Positions 37,683 to 46,611 of a DNA stretch of 64,000 nucleotides are shown piece after piece (the stretch's first letter is position 1; every line of letters begins with the position of its first letter). The notes beneath the pieces were generated by a model. It had not been told where the DNA came from. It worked only from the letters and a program-made list of their open reading frames with translations, and ran no database searches. Made by a program: the position numbers and the translations under genes. Where the stretch lies: the NCBI GenBank assembly GCA_910586625.1, contig CAJUIZ010000004.1, positions 43,529-107,528 on the forward strand, in the 5' to 3' direction. This stretch comes from an uncultured Christensenellaceae bacterium (lineage in GTDB: Bacteria; Bacillota; Clostridia; Christensenellales; CAG-314).

Positions 37683-37726
37683 AAAAAACTCCTTTTTAAC
37701 AATTATACACTTTATCCGATTTTTTC

Positions 37727-37755
37727 TTGACAAATATTATAAAGTAGGATAAAAT
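37727..37755 (+). promoter_or_regulatory. Sigma-A promoter for the Cys-rich small protein gene
   Basis: TTGACA (37727-37732), 17-nt spacer, TAAAAT (37750-37755). It lies in the 99-nt divergent spacer shared with the RHH gene. Confidence 0.55.
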
Positions 37756-37781
37756 ACTACTAAATGGGTGGGAAAAATTCT

Positions 37782-38078
37782 ATGAATGAGATGAAGAAAA
37801 AATGTTGGAGCTGCGGAAAGTTTAGCGCATATTACACAAGGGGCTTTTGTTGTTTGATGAAAGAAGATAACGGTTTTTGCCGCGAGTACAATAAAGTTGT
37901 GAAAAAAACTGACACTTGCGATAAGTGGTACTGCAAGCGAACGTCTAAGGAACGACGTATAAAAATAGTCCTGCGCTCATTGCCTGAAATTTACGACAAG
38001 ATTGCCGCACTGGAACAAATTCTAACGGAAGAAACCGAACTGCAAAATATTAAAAACGAAATAGACGCAATAATTTAG
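37782..38078 (+). CDS. Cys-rich (zinc-ribbon-like) small protein with a C-terminal helical tail, hypothetical
   Basis: 98 aa from MNEMKKKCWSCGKF...CC...C...C..WYC. SD GGTGGG 9 nt upstream. Confidence 0.55.
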   Translation: MNEMKKKCWSCGKFSAYYTRGFCCLMKEDNGFCREYNKVVKKTDTCDKWYCKRTSKERRIKIVLRSLPEIYDKIAALEQILTEETELQNIKNEIDAII

Positions 38079-38260
38079 GTCATAATTACTCTACCGCTTG
38101 CAGCTGCTCGGCGGTTGTAATAAATAATTGAACGCGGGATAGTCGTTCCTTTCTACAGGTCGTATAGTAAGCTCTTTTATTATGCAAAAAGGTCTTGGAT
38201 GGTACGATGTTTTTTTGACGCGCAAGCAAAACGTTTACGGACAAGCCGCTATGTTTAGGG

Positions 38261-38292
38261 CAAAAAAAAGTGCGCCGACGGACTGTCGGCGC
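38261..38292 (-). terminator. Rho-independent terminator of the XRE gene
   Basis: Stem GCGCCGAC/GTCGGCGC (38272-38279 / 38285-38292), followed on the minus strand by T8 (A-run 38262-38269). Confidence 0.7.
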
Positions 38293-38332
38293 GGGTGGGG
38301 TCGCGTTAGTTACGCGCGGTCAAATGCTCGAA

Positions 38333-38557
38333 CTATCTTTCGACGGGCAAATCTTCCAAGGTGTCCACGTCGATATAGTGCGCTTTGCAAAAATTGGCAA
38401 ACGCGCGCTGAGCGTTGTAGTTAGGCTTGCATCTGCCCAATTCCCAACGGTTTACGGTTGCAAACGCCACGCCGAGTTCCTTAGCCATCATTTCTTGGCT
38501 GAGATAAAACTTCTTTCTTACAATCTTGACCTTGTCTTTGAATTCCATAATTGTCAC
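38333..38557 (-). CDS. XRE-family HTH transcriptional regulator
   Basis: 74 aa. LSQEMMAKELGVAFATVNRWELGRCKPN. Confidence 0.8.
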   Translation of the reverse strand: MTIMEFKDKVKIVRKKFYLSQEMMAKELGVAFATVNRWELGRCKPNYNAQRAFANFCKAHYIDVDTLEDLPVER

Positions 38558-39017
38558 TCCTGTAAATTTCTTCGTTAGGCTTGTTTCAATACGTTATAGT
38601 TAGTATGCTACGACTGTAACAAAACTATTCGCCTTGACCGTTACGATTTATCGCCAAAAATTAAGCAACTACTAAAACGTAACATTTGGCAAACGCAGTG
38701 AATCAATTGTGTACGCTTACTACACCGTACTCGTATAAGCATAAAGTTGGTTATTTAATACAAGCTGCGGAGTAATAAAAAGTAACAACGACACTCTGTA
38801 ATAAACGCCGCAATTACTTAACGTACGCATATTATAGCATAACAGTAATGATTTGACAACACATAAAATACATTTTTAGACGATTTCCCACGAATATTTA
38901 TGTAATTGTAATCAGCTTTACATAAAACTCCCTGTTGCTCGTACAAAACTCCGTTTCCCACGTCAAAACACAAAACAGTACTGCAATTGTATGCAGTCGG
39001 CATAAATTGCAGTAAAA

Positions 39018-39641
39018 CTATTGCGTTATTTTAAGCGCGCCGAAAAGTACTATGCCCACCGCCGCGGATAACACTATCAAAATTATGGGATGAATTTTGC
39101 GATTTTTTATTTTTATTTTAGAAAGCGGGAAAAAGACGGCGACAATTATCAGCGATATCCAGTTAAATTGAGCAAAGCCTTCCTTGGTAATCGCCGTAAG
39201 TTTTAATTCCGGCAGAATAACGCTGCACCCCACGGTTATTACCGCTGATAGAATAAGCCCTACCACCACGGGCTTTATGCCGTACAATACGCCTTGAACG
39301 TATTTGTTGGTTTTGAACCTTTCGAACAGCTTGGTTACGACGATGATTATTATCAACGACGGCAGCACCACCGCAAAAGTCGCTGTGAACGCACCGAGAA
39401 TGGAACCGAACACGCCGAGAGAAGTCGTTCCGCCAACCTTGACGCCGATAAAGGTGGCAAGATTGATTGCAAACGGTCCGGGAGTGGATTCGGCCACGCC
39501 GATAAAGTTTATCAGCTCCGCGCTCGTAAGCCAACCGCGGCGTTCCACCACCTGCGTTACAAGCGGAAGCATAGCGTAACCGCCGCCTATCGTAAACAAA
39601 CCAATCTTAAAATATTCCCAAAACAGCAAAAGAAACTCCAT
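39018..39641 (-). CDS. chrA: Chromate transporter family protein (short-chain ChrA, second half)
   Basis: 207 aa. FKIGLFTIGGGYAMLPL and ESTPGPFAIN motifs. Confidence 0.85.
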   Translation of the reverse strand: MEFLLLFWEYFKIGLFTIGGGYAMLPLVTQVVERRGWLTSAELINFIGVAESTPGPFAINLATFIGVKVGGTTSLGVFGSILGAFTATFAVVLPSLIIIIVVTKLFERFKTNKYVQGVLYGIKPVVVGLILSAVITVGCSVILPELKLTAITKEGFAQFNWISLIIVAVFFPLSKIKIKNRKIHPIILIVLSAAVGIVLFGALKITQ

Positions 39642-39644
39642 ACG

Positions 39645-40379
39645 CTATTCTCCCCCGTTTTGTCCGTTTTCCGAAACGGCGTCCGCGTCGTCGGCATCCG
39701 CTGTTTCCATTGGCGAATTATCGCCGCGCGTTTCGTCGGCTCTGCGCGGCGGCGCAACGTTAGCAGTATTGCCGTCCGACGAATCCGCAGTTGAGTTCGT
39801 CTCATCGGATTGAAGTCGGCGCGCTTTTTTGTTAATAACCGCTTGACGTATAAGCATATAGCACACACCCAAAACGCCGCCTATTATTATTAGAAAAATT
39901 ACGTTGAAATCGGTAAAGGTTGCAACGCCGAACGCCGCGATAACCAGTATCGCGTTAAACCAATCGCGTTCAAGCTGCTTAGCCATCTTGGTAAAGGCGT
40001 TGATAATCAGTATTATTACGCACGCCTGAATACCGCTAAAAGCCGCCTTGTACCATACGTTATCGGCAATGGCTTCTATTACGAAAGACAGCCCCGTAAT
40101 TATTACAAACGACGGCAGCACCACGCCGAGAGTGGCAATAACCGCGCCCAAAATGCCGCGCAGACGGAAGCCCACGCTTGTAGCGGTATTAACAGCTATA
40201 ACCCCGGGGGTTGATTCCGCAATGACAAGCATATCCAGCATATCGGCGGACGTTATCCACCGTTTCTTTGAAATAAGCTCTTCTTCCAAAATGGAAATCA
40301 TAGCGTAACCGCCGCCGAAGGTAAACAGCCCCGTCTTAAAAAACGTTATGAAAATTTGCCAAAGACTTACTTTCTTCAT
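39645..40379 (-). CDS. chrA: Chromate transporter family protein (short-chain ChrA, first half) with a disordered acidic tail
   Basis: 244 aa. FKTGLFTFGGGYAMISIL and ESTPGVIAVN motifs. The last about 60 aa are low-complexity D/E/N/S-rich. Confidence 0.85.
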   Translation of the reverse strand: MKKVSLWQIFITFFKTGLFTFGGGYAMISILEEELISKKRWITSADMLDMLVIAESTPGVIAVNTATSVGFRLRGILGAVIATLGVVLPSFVIITGLSFVIEAIADNVWYKAAFSGIQACVIILIINAFTKMAKQLERDWFNAILVIAAFGVATFTDFNVIFLIIIGGVLGVCYMLIRQAVINKKARRLQSDETNSTADSSDGNTANVAPPRRADETRGDNSPMETADADDADAVSENGQNGGE

Positions 40380-40394
40380 CTATACGTCCCGATA

Positions 40395-41306
40395 TTATTT
40401 AGTATATACGCGATTGATAACATTAAGCAATTTTTCCACTGCGTCCACGTCGAAATCGGGCAGATAATCGCGTGTGGCGGAAGAAAACTCCTGTCCGTAA
40501 CCGTTATGCAAGCCCACGTTAAAAAAGTATTCGGTTACCGCTTGGTACTCGCGACGGTACAGTTTACGGTTAAGCTGCGGAAATTCGTCGTCCCGTCTTG
40601 CCGTGAAATATTGGGACATAAGGCTTACGCGAATATCGCTGTCGAACGCGGAAAGCCAGTCCAATACCCGCTTGGAATCTTCGACATAGGACGGCAAAAC
40701 CAAATGGCGCACTATTACTCCGCGCTTGATATATCCGTCGGAATCGAACTCGTCTATCGGCTGTTGACGGCGCATTTCCGCAATTGCGCGCACTGCCACG
40801 TTAAAATAGTCGGTTGCGTTTGCAAGGTCGCCCGACACCTTGGGCGAACAGAACTTCAAGTCGGGCAAATACACGTCTACAAGCCCTTCGAGAAGTTTAA
40901 GCGTTTGCGCCTTTTCGTACGAGCTCGTGTTGTATACGACGGGAATTGTCAAGCGCGGCTTGACTATCGTCAATGCCTGAGCTATTTTATCCGCGAAGTG
41001 CGACGGCGTGACCAAATTGATATTGGCAACATTTAGGCTTTGCAAATACAGCATTATGTCCGCAAGACGTTCGACGGACACTTCCGCTCCGCGCGGAACG
41101 ACGGAAATATCGTAGTTTTGACAAAAACGGCAATGCAGGTTACAGCCTGCGAAAAAAACGGTGCCGCTGCCCTTATCGCCGGATATACACGGCTCTTCCC
41201 ACTCGTGCACTCCGATGCGCGAAACCACGATTCCGTCCGTGTTGCAAAAACCTTTATTACGCTTGCGGTCGACGTTACATTCGCGCGGACACAGAGTACA
41301 TTTCAT
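40395..41306 (-). CDS. Radical SAM protein (PflX/pyruvate formate-lyase activase-related)
   Basis: 303 aa. CPRECNVDR...GFC and FFAGCNLHCRFCQN (CxxxCxxC) motifs. Confidence 0.8.
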   Translation of the reverse strand: MKCTLCPRECNVDRKRNKGFCNTDGIVVSRIGVHEWEEPCISGDKGSGTVFFAGCNLHCRFCQNYDISVVPRGAEVSVERLADIMLYLQSLNVANINLVTPSHFADKIAQALTIVKPRLTIPVVYNTSSYEKAQTLKLLEGLVDVYLPDLKFCSPKVSGDLANATDYFNVAVRAIAEMRRQQPIDEFDSDGYIKRGVIVRHLVLPSYVEDSKRVLDWLSAFDSDIRVSLMSQYFTARRDDEFPQLNRKLYRREYQAVTEYFFNVGLHNGYGQEFSSATRDYLPDFDVDAVEKLLNVINRVYTK

Positions 41307-41433
41307 AGCAGAGATATAATAACCTATTTAATAAATTTTGACAAGTAAACCGCGCAAAATTACACAAGCCCGCACAAATATACGGCTGAGATTGCCCATA
41401 TGGTAGTAGTAATAACTGCAAAGGGGCAAAGCT

Positions 41434-42117
41434 ATGTTTACTACTTTATTGGACTTTATCAGACGAATATTCTTTCTTACGGGATACTTCCAAAACGGAA
41501 GCTATCCGCAGCCGCTTTCCGCCGAAGAAGAACAGGACTGCTTGAAGCGTATGAAAACGGGAGACAAAAAAGCGCGCGACAAGCTTATATGCCACAATAT
41601 GCGGCTTGTGGCGCACGTGGCTAAAAAGTACGGCAAAAACAACGACCTTGACGATATGATTTCCATAGGCTCGATAGGACTGATAAAGGGCGTGGAAAGC
41701 TACTCTACGGAAAAAGGCACTACGCTTGCGACGTACTTGGCAAGGTGCATCGAAAACGAAATACTTATGACGCTGCGCTCGAACAAAAGATATCAAAACA
41801 CGGTATACCTTCAAAACACGTTGGGCGTGGACGGGGACGGCAACGAATACACTCTTATGGATGTGTTGGCGACAAACGAAGACAGCGTGTTCCACCAAGC
41901 GGAGACGTCCATTTTGCGACAGAATTTACTGAAAATCATACGCGAAAGACTGACGGACAGAGAGCAGAAAATTATACTGATGCGTTACGGACTGGAAGAA
42001 GGCTCCGCTCCGCTTACGCAGCTGCAAACGTCTAAAAAGTTGGGAATAAGCCGCAGCTACGTATCGCGTATAGAAACGCACGCTCTATCGAAAATCAAAC
42101 AGTATTTGCAGGACTGA
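41434..42117 (+). CDS. sigK: Sporulation sigma factor SigK (pro-sigma-K), uninterrupted
   Basis: 227 aa. The pro-sequence FFLTGYFQNGSYPQPLSAEEE and the remainder align by eye with B. subtilis SigK (HN.RLVAHV.KKY, ISIGSIGLIKGVESY, ARCIENEILM, GISRSYVSRIE). Confidence 0.9.
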   Translation: MFTTLLDFIRRIFFLTGYFQNGSYPQPLSAEEEQDCLKRMKTGDKKARDKLICHNMRLVAHVAKKYGKNNDLDDMISIGSIGLIKGVESYSTEKGTTLATYLARCIENEILMTLRSNKRYQNTVYLQNTLGVDGDGNEYTLMDVLATNEDSVFHQAETSILRQNLLKIIRERLTDREQKIILMRYGLEEGSAPLTQLQTSKKLGISRSYVSRIETHALSKIKQYLQD

Positions 42118-42240
42118 TTTGCGACAAAGAAAGTTTGCTACGGCACGGACAGGGCAAGCGACTGTAATTTCGCCGTTGACAACGGATAGCTTTTGCGGTA
42201 CAATACTTGCGGAAATATATAGTTACATATGGAGCATTAT

Positions 42241-42489
42241 ATGGATTACACATATGACACGCAATTGCTTATAGAAGGGAAAAAGCTAAGCGACAAAGAA
42301 ATTATAGACTACATTACCGCCAATATAGAAGGCGACTGCTTGTTAGTAGTAGGCGACGACGAGCTGATAAAGCTCCACTTCCACACCGATACGCCCTGGA
42401 AAGTGTTGGAATACTGCGCTTCTCTCGGCGAAGTGTACGACGTAGTGATAGAAAATATGGTCCGTCAAGCGCAGGGATTGCAGGGCTGA
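42241..42489 (+). CDS. Stand-alone small protein resembling the middle domain of FakA/YloV (DAK2-fusion) proteins
   Basis: About 82 aa. YDTQLLIEG...GDCLLVVGDDELIKLHFHTDTPWKVLEYCASLGEVYDVVIENM resembles the YloV segment GDS.VVV.D...KVHVHT..P..VL...G.L...IENM. Start at 42241 has GGAG 6 nt upstream. Confidence 0.5.
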   Translation: MDYTYDTQLLIEGKKLSDKEIIDYITANIEGDCLLVVGDDELIKLHFHTDTPWKVLEYCASLGEVYDVVIENMVRQAQGLQG

Positions 42490-42534
42490 ATTTTTCAAAA
42501 ATACGGATAAACGTAAAACGAAAGGAGAACGCAA

Positions 42535-43098
42535 ATGAAAAAGAAAATTTTTGCAATGCTGTTTGTTTTAGTATTGATAGCAACAAGTATAACCGCGCTT
42601 GCCGCATGCGACAAAACGGGCGGAAGTAAAAATATCGGCGCGCTGCAAATGGAGAAAAAGTATCTTGCCGAAAAAACCGTAAACAGCGGTCTGACGGAAG
42701 AAGATATTCTTGCGCGACCGGAAGAATATTTAACATACCAGTCTTACTTTATATTTCACTCCAACGGAACAGGCGAATACGTTTGTAACAAAGTATCTTA
42801 CGAGCTGGGCGGATACGAAGTAAACGCAAAATATACTATACGCTTTAAGTATGTTTACGCGGACGACGACAAAAGCGCGGTAGCTTGCTTCTACGACGGT
42901 TTGGACAACCGTTCGATCATACTAAGCAATAATAAAAAAGGCGAAACTTACAATTACGATTTTGCAGATTGGAGCAGTTTGATAACCGTATCCAAAAATG
43001 TGTTGTGCGTAACGGGCGCAGGATATTCGTTCTTCATAAACGAAGATTATGTAAAACAAATACCCAACTTTAACAAATCTACGGAAGAATCAAAGTAA
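42535..43098 (+). CDS. Hypothetical lipoprotein
   Basis: 187 aa. SD AAGGAG. Signal peptide with lipobox LAAC. Confidence 0.7.
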   Translation: MKKKIFAMLFVLVLIATSITALAACDKTGGSKNIGALQMEKKYLAEKTVNSGLTEEDILARPEEYLTYQSYFIFHSNGTGEYVCNKVSYELGGYEVNAKYTIRFKYVYADDDKSAVACFYDGLDNRSIILSNNKKGETYNYDFADWSSLITVSKNVLCVTGAGYSFFINEDYVKQIPNFNKSTEESK

Positions 43099-43161
43099 AG
43101 GTATCGAGTATTAAAACGGACGGCAAGTCGCATATAAAAGCCGTCGAAATTCACATAAAAT

Positions 43162-43208
43162 AAAAAAGCTGTTGCTCGGCGGATTGCCGTTGCAGCAGTT
43201 TTTTTTTG
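43162..43208. terminator. Bidirectional terminator between the lipoprotein gene and galK
   Basis: A-run, imperfect GC-containing hairpin (CTGTTGC...GCAGCAG with inner CGGC/GCCG), then T9. Confidence 0.6.
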
Positions 43209-43246
43209 TTATATAGATTTGTAAAAAGACGTTTCCGCTTGCGTTA

Positions 43247-44467
43247 TCAGAGAACCAGCGCGCCCGACGAACGCACGCGCATAGGCAAAACCGCGCCTTG
43301 CCCGTATTTCCCGCAAAGGGCTTGGTATAACGATGGAAAGTCGCTTTCGTCCGCTACGCACAATACCGTCCCCGCAAAGCCGCCGCCGTGGACGCGCGCT
43401 CCCACGCCTGCGCCGCAGCTGCGGGCGTACTCCACCGCGTCGCGTATAGCCGTGTCGTTTTCGTCCGCCGAGCAGTTTTCCAGCAAATGCATGCTGGAAT
43501 CGCCCGATTGATTGACAAGCCGTATAATCTCGCGGGTATTGCCCGACGACAGCGCTGCAACAAGCCTATCTACGCGTTCGTTTTCTTGAAAAAAATGCTT
43601 GGCGCGGTTTACGGGACGGTCGCCGAGCTTTGAGCGCAGATCGGTTTCGCTCGCGAAAAACTCGTCGGCGTCCGCTTCGACAAGTCGGCTTTTGCCTAAG
43701 CATCGAGCTACGGAAAACATTTCCGCGGGAATGCTTGCATACATATGCGACAAGTCGGAATGACTCTTGCCCGTATCCACAAGAGCGAATTTTATTTTTA
43801 AGTTATCCGCGGGAATAACGTCGTAAGCAAAGCCGTCGGCAAAATCGAAAGCGGAAATTCCGCCTGCAAGGGACGAGCCTTGGTCGAGCAATCCGCAGGG
43901 CTTGTTGAGATACTTGTTCTCGGCATACTGCCCCGCCCGAGCCATAACGGACAAAGGTATTTTGCCGCCGTTATATGCGTTGTTGATAATTGTAGCTATA
44001 AGCGTTTCGTACGCCGCGCTTGACGACACCCCCGCGCCTGACGGCAACGCGGAATGCGTATACGCGTCGAAGCCGCCAACGGCGTAGCCCGCTTGCAAAA
44101 GATACTCTACAACCCCCTGCGCAAGCCCCGCTCCGCCCTTGGCATTGCCTAAAGCGGCGACGTTAAAAGCTATTTCCGCATGTTTGTCGCTTCTTATACG
44201 TATAACGCCGTTATCCGTAGGCCGAAACGCCGCGATAATATCTCTGTCGACGGCACAGCCCACTACTCTGCCGCCGTTGTGGTCGGTGTGATTTCCCAAC
44301 AGTTCGACGCGTCCCGAAGCGGAAGCTAAACAACAGCCGCCATAGCCGAATTGACGACGGAATTTACCGACTGCCCGATTATACCTTTCCACTTGCGTAA
44401 AAAGGCTCTTTCCGTACAAATCGTTAAAATATCCGCGCGCGTCCAGTCCGTAACCGAATTTTCTCAT
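43247..44467 (-). CDS. galK: Galactokinase-like GHMP kinase
   Basis: 406 aa. GRVELLGNHTDHNGG and PSGAGVSSSAA motifs. Confidence 0.8.
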   Translation of the reverse strand: MRKFGYGLDARGYFNDLYGKSLFTQVERYNRAVGKFRRQFGYGGCCLASASGRVELLGNHTDHNGGRVVGCAVDRDIIAAFRPTDNGVIRIRSDKHAEIAFNVAALGNAKGGAGLAQGVVEYLLQAGYAVGGFDAYTHSALPSGAGVSSSAAYETLIATIINNAYNGGKIPLSVMARAGQYAENKYLNKPCGLLDQGSSLAGGISAFDFADGFAYDVIPADNLKIKFALVDTGKSHSDLSHMYASIPAEMFSVARCLGKSRLVEADADEFFASETDLRSKLGDRPVNRAKHFFQENERVDRLVAALSSGNTREIIRLVNQSGDSSMHLLENCSADENDTAIRDAVEYARSCGAGVGARVHGGGFAGTVLCVADESDFPSLYQALCGKYGQGAVLPMRVRSSGALVL

Positions 44468-44525
44468 CGTGCAAATTAGTTCCCCGTTATTTGATTAAAT
44501 GATAACATACGAGCAAATAAAATGC

Positions 44526-44566
44526 AAACGAAAAATATCCGACGTTTTTTACTTAACGTCGGATAT
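44526..44566 (-). terminator. Rho-independent terminator of glmS
   Basis: Perfect 12-bp stem ATATCCGACGTT/AACGTCGGATAT followed on the minus strand by TTTTTCGTTT. Confidence 0.7.
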
Positions 44567-44589
44567 CGTTTTAGTTACACGCAAAACCG

Positions 44590-46368
44590 CTATTCTACCG
44601 TTACGGATTTAGCCAAATTGCGCGGTTTGTCTACGTCGCGGTTGAGACGCTTGGCGACGTAGTAGGACAACAGCTGCAAGGGGACTACGGACACAATGCC
44701 GTACAAAAGCCTGTTGACAACGGGAATCTTGATAAGCGTTGCGTTATCGACGGAATAGGGAGTTACGCATATTACGCGCGCTTTGCGCGTAGCCACTTCC
44801 GACACCGAAGACGCAATTTTGTCCAATAAATCGCTGTCGCAAGCAATGGCTATTACCGTTACGCCCTGTTCCATAAGCGCAAGCGTGCCGTGTTTTAGTT
44901 CGCCTGCGGGGTACGCTTCGGAATGAATATAGCTGATTTCCTTGAGCTTTAACGAGCCTTCGCACGCCGTCGGATAATCCGCGCGTTTTCCTATAAAGAA
45001 TACCGCCGAGCTGTCCTTGACTTCTTCGGCAAGGCGTGATATTTCGTAGCTGTCGGATAGGATTTTGTCTATAGCCGAACCGAGTCCGTCCATAGCATCG
45101 AACACTTTGTTGCGAGTTTCTTCACCGATAGTACCCTTCAAATACGCAAGATCCGTCATAAGCAGCGTGAGCGTTACCAACTGGCAGTTGTAAGCCTTGG
45201 TGCTTGCCACGGCGTATTCCGCATCGGCGCGGATGTTTATTACCTTGTCGCACACAAAACTTAACGACGAAGTGACAGTGTTGGTTACGGCGTAGGTAAA
45301 GCCGCCCTGCTGACGTATACGTTCGGCGGCGCGTATAGTATCCGCGGTTTCGCCGCTTTGACTGATTAGAAAAGCCAAGGTATAGCTGTCGACGGGGTAG
45401 CTGTCGTAAATAAATTCGCTGGCGATTACGGGAATTACGTCTATATCCATCATTTGCCGAGAGACCGCAGCTACTTCCAAACCGCTGTTGTAGGCCGTTC
45501 CGCAACCGACAAGATATACGCGCTTTATACGGTGTACGGTTTTAGCCGGCAGATTAAGCCCGCCGCATTCGATATAACCCTTTTTAGCCTGTCTTACCTT
45601 GTCGGGCACTTCCATAATTTCTTTCAGCATAAAATCTCCGTCCACAGACGCTTCTTCTTCCGCCTTGTCTACGGAAAAGAACTTGACGGGGACAGGCTCG
45701 CCGTCGAAGCCGTAGAACTTGACTCCGCTGCGGTTGGCAACGACTATTACGTTGTCCGGAGTTACGGCAACCTTATCCGCCCAACGGGAAATACAACGTA
45801 TATCCGAACATAAATACGCGCCGTTGTCCGTAACGCCGACGACAAGCGGACTTTTGTTCTTGACAGCGTACAAATTGCCGTCGTAGACGCTTTCTATAAC
45901 TATTGCGAAGGAGCCTTGAAGCCTGTTTGCCGTAGACACAACGGCTTGCAGAACGTCACCTTCGTAATACTTGGCGAGCAAGTGCGCTACCGTTTCGCTG
46001 TCCGTTTGCGAAGTAAAATTCACTCCGCTTGCGGTAAGATTATATTTCAGCGACAGATAGTTTTCGATAATTCCGTTATGTACCACCGCGAAATTACGGT
46101 CGTAAGAATAAAAGGGGTGGGCGTTATTGGCGCATACTTCGCCGTGAGTAGCCCAGCGCGTATGTCCTATTGCCGTACAGCCGTACAAATCCGACGGCAG
46201 ATCGGCTTGCAAATTTTCCACGCGTCCCGCAGTCTTGAACAACCGAATATCTTTACCGTTTTTTACCGCTATTCCCGCCGAATCGTAGCCGCGGTATTCC
46301 AAACACTTTAATGCTTTCAAAGTATCGTTTACAGCATTGTCGCTTATCGTTCCAAAAATTCCGCACAT
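44590..46368 (-). CDS. glmS: Glutamine--fructose-6-phosphate aminotransferase
   Basis: 592 aa. MCGIFG N-terminal nucleophile, two SIS domains, C-terminal ...KSVTVE. Confidence 0.95.
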   Translation of the reverse strand: MCGIFGTISDNAVNDTLKALKCLEYRGYDSAGIAVKNGKDIRLFKTAGRVENLQADLPSDLYGCTAIGHTRWATHGEVCANNAHPFYSYDRNFAVVHNGIIENYLSLKYNLTASGVNFTSQTDSETVAHLLAKYYEGDVLQAVVSTANRLQGSFAIVIESVYDGNLYAVKNKSPLVVGVTDNGAYLCSDIRCISRWADKVAVTPDNVIVVANRSGVKFYGFDGEPVPVKFFSVDKAEEEASVDGDFMLKEIMEVPDKVRQAKKGYIECGGLNLPAKTVHRIKRVYLVGCGTAYNSGLEVAAVSRQMMDIDVIPVIASEFIYDSYPVDSYTLAFLISQSGETADTIRAAERIRQQGGFTYAVTNTVTSSLSFVCDKVINIRADAEYAVASTKAYNCQLVTLTLLMTDLAYLKGTIGEETRNKVFDAMDGLGSAIDKILSDSYEISRLAEEVKDSSAVFFIGKRADYPTACEGSLKLKEISYIHSEAYPAGELKHGTLALMEQGVTVIAIACDSDLLDKIASSVSEVATRKARVICVTPYSVDNATLIKIPVVNRLLYGIVSVVPLQLLSYYVAKRLNRDVDKPRNLAKSVTVE

Positions 46369-46611
46369 TAGCCTTTCTCCTTACGTATCCGCGCCGCGCA
46401 TAAAGTGCGCGCGGCGTTTGCAGCCGTTTGTTTTGCTCGGTATGGATACAGAGTAGTATATGAATGCGTACGGTAAAAGGTGTAAAAATAATCACTTTTA
46501 TTTATCATATATTTGACTACCGTTTAGGATAGTTGTATAATTTGTAAGTTATGCACTATTGCACCGACAATTAAATTTGCGGATACGAGCCTGTCAAGGA
46601 GATATGATATA

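Noticed and set aside
37533-38078. Interpreting the RHH gene plus the Cys-rich gene as a type II toxin-antitoxin operon.
   Set aside because: The genes are divergently transcribed from separate promoters rather than co-transcribed and overlapping. The larger protein shows no known toxin motif.
38182-38578. Plus-strand ORFs 38182-38424 (80 aa) and 38270-38578 (102 aa).
   Set aside because: They overlap the minus-strand XRE gene, which has a clear HTH signature, and its terminator. Their products are Arg/Gly-rich with no SD. They are likely spurious.
34872-39017. Calling the tRNA-Val-adjacent region an integrative mobile element or prophage.
   Set aside because: No integrase, transposase, excisionase or phage structural gene is present, and the candidate att repeats match over only 8-22 nt. 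I report it as a compositional islet with an R-M pair, not as an annotated mobile element.
41434-42117. Possibility of a skin-like element or recombinase interrupting sigK.
   Set aside because: sigK is a single uninterrupted 227-aa frame covering the pro-sequence through region 4.2. No recombinase gene is nearby.
46369-46611. Expected a glmS ribozyme in the 243-nt region upstream of glmS, as is common in Firmicutes.
   Set aside because: Reading the reverse complement, I see only a GC-rich hairpin (CGCCGCGCGCA...TGCGCGGCG) just before the SD. I do not see the conserved ribozyme core (for example AGCGCC.GA.C and GACGAGGA-type elements). The region is also shared with the divergent typA promoter. 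cmscan with the Rfam glmS model would settle it. I do not call it.
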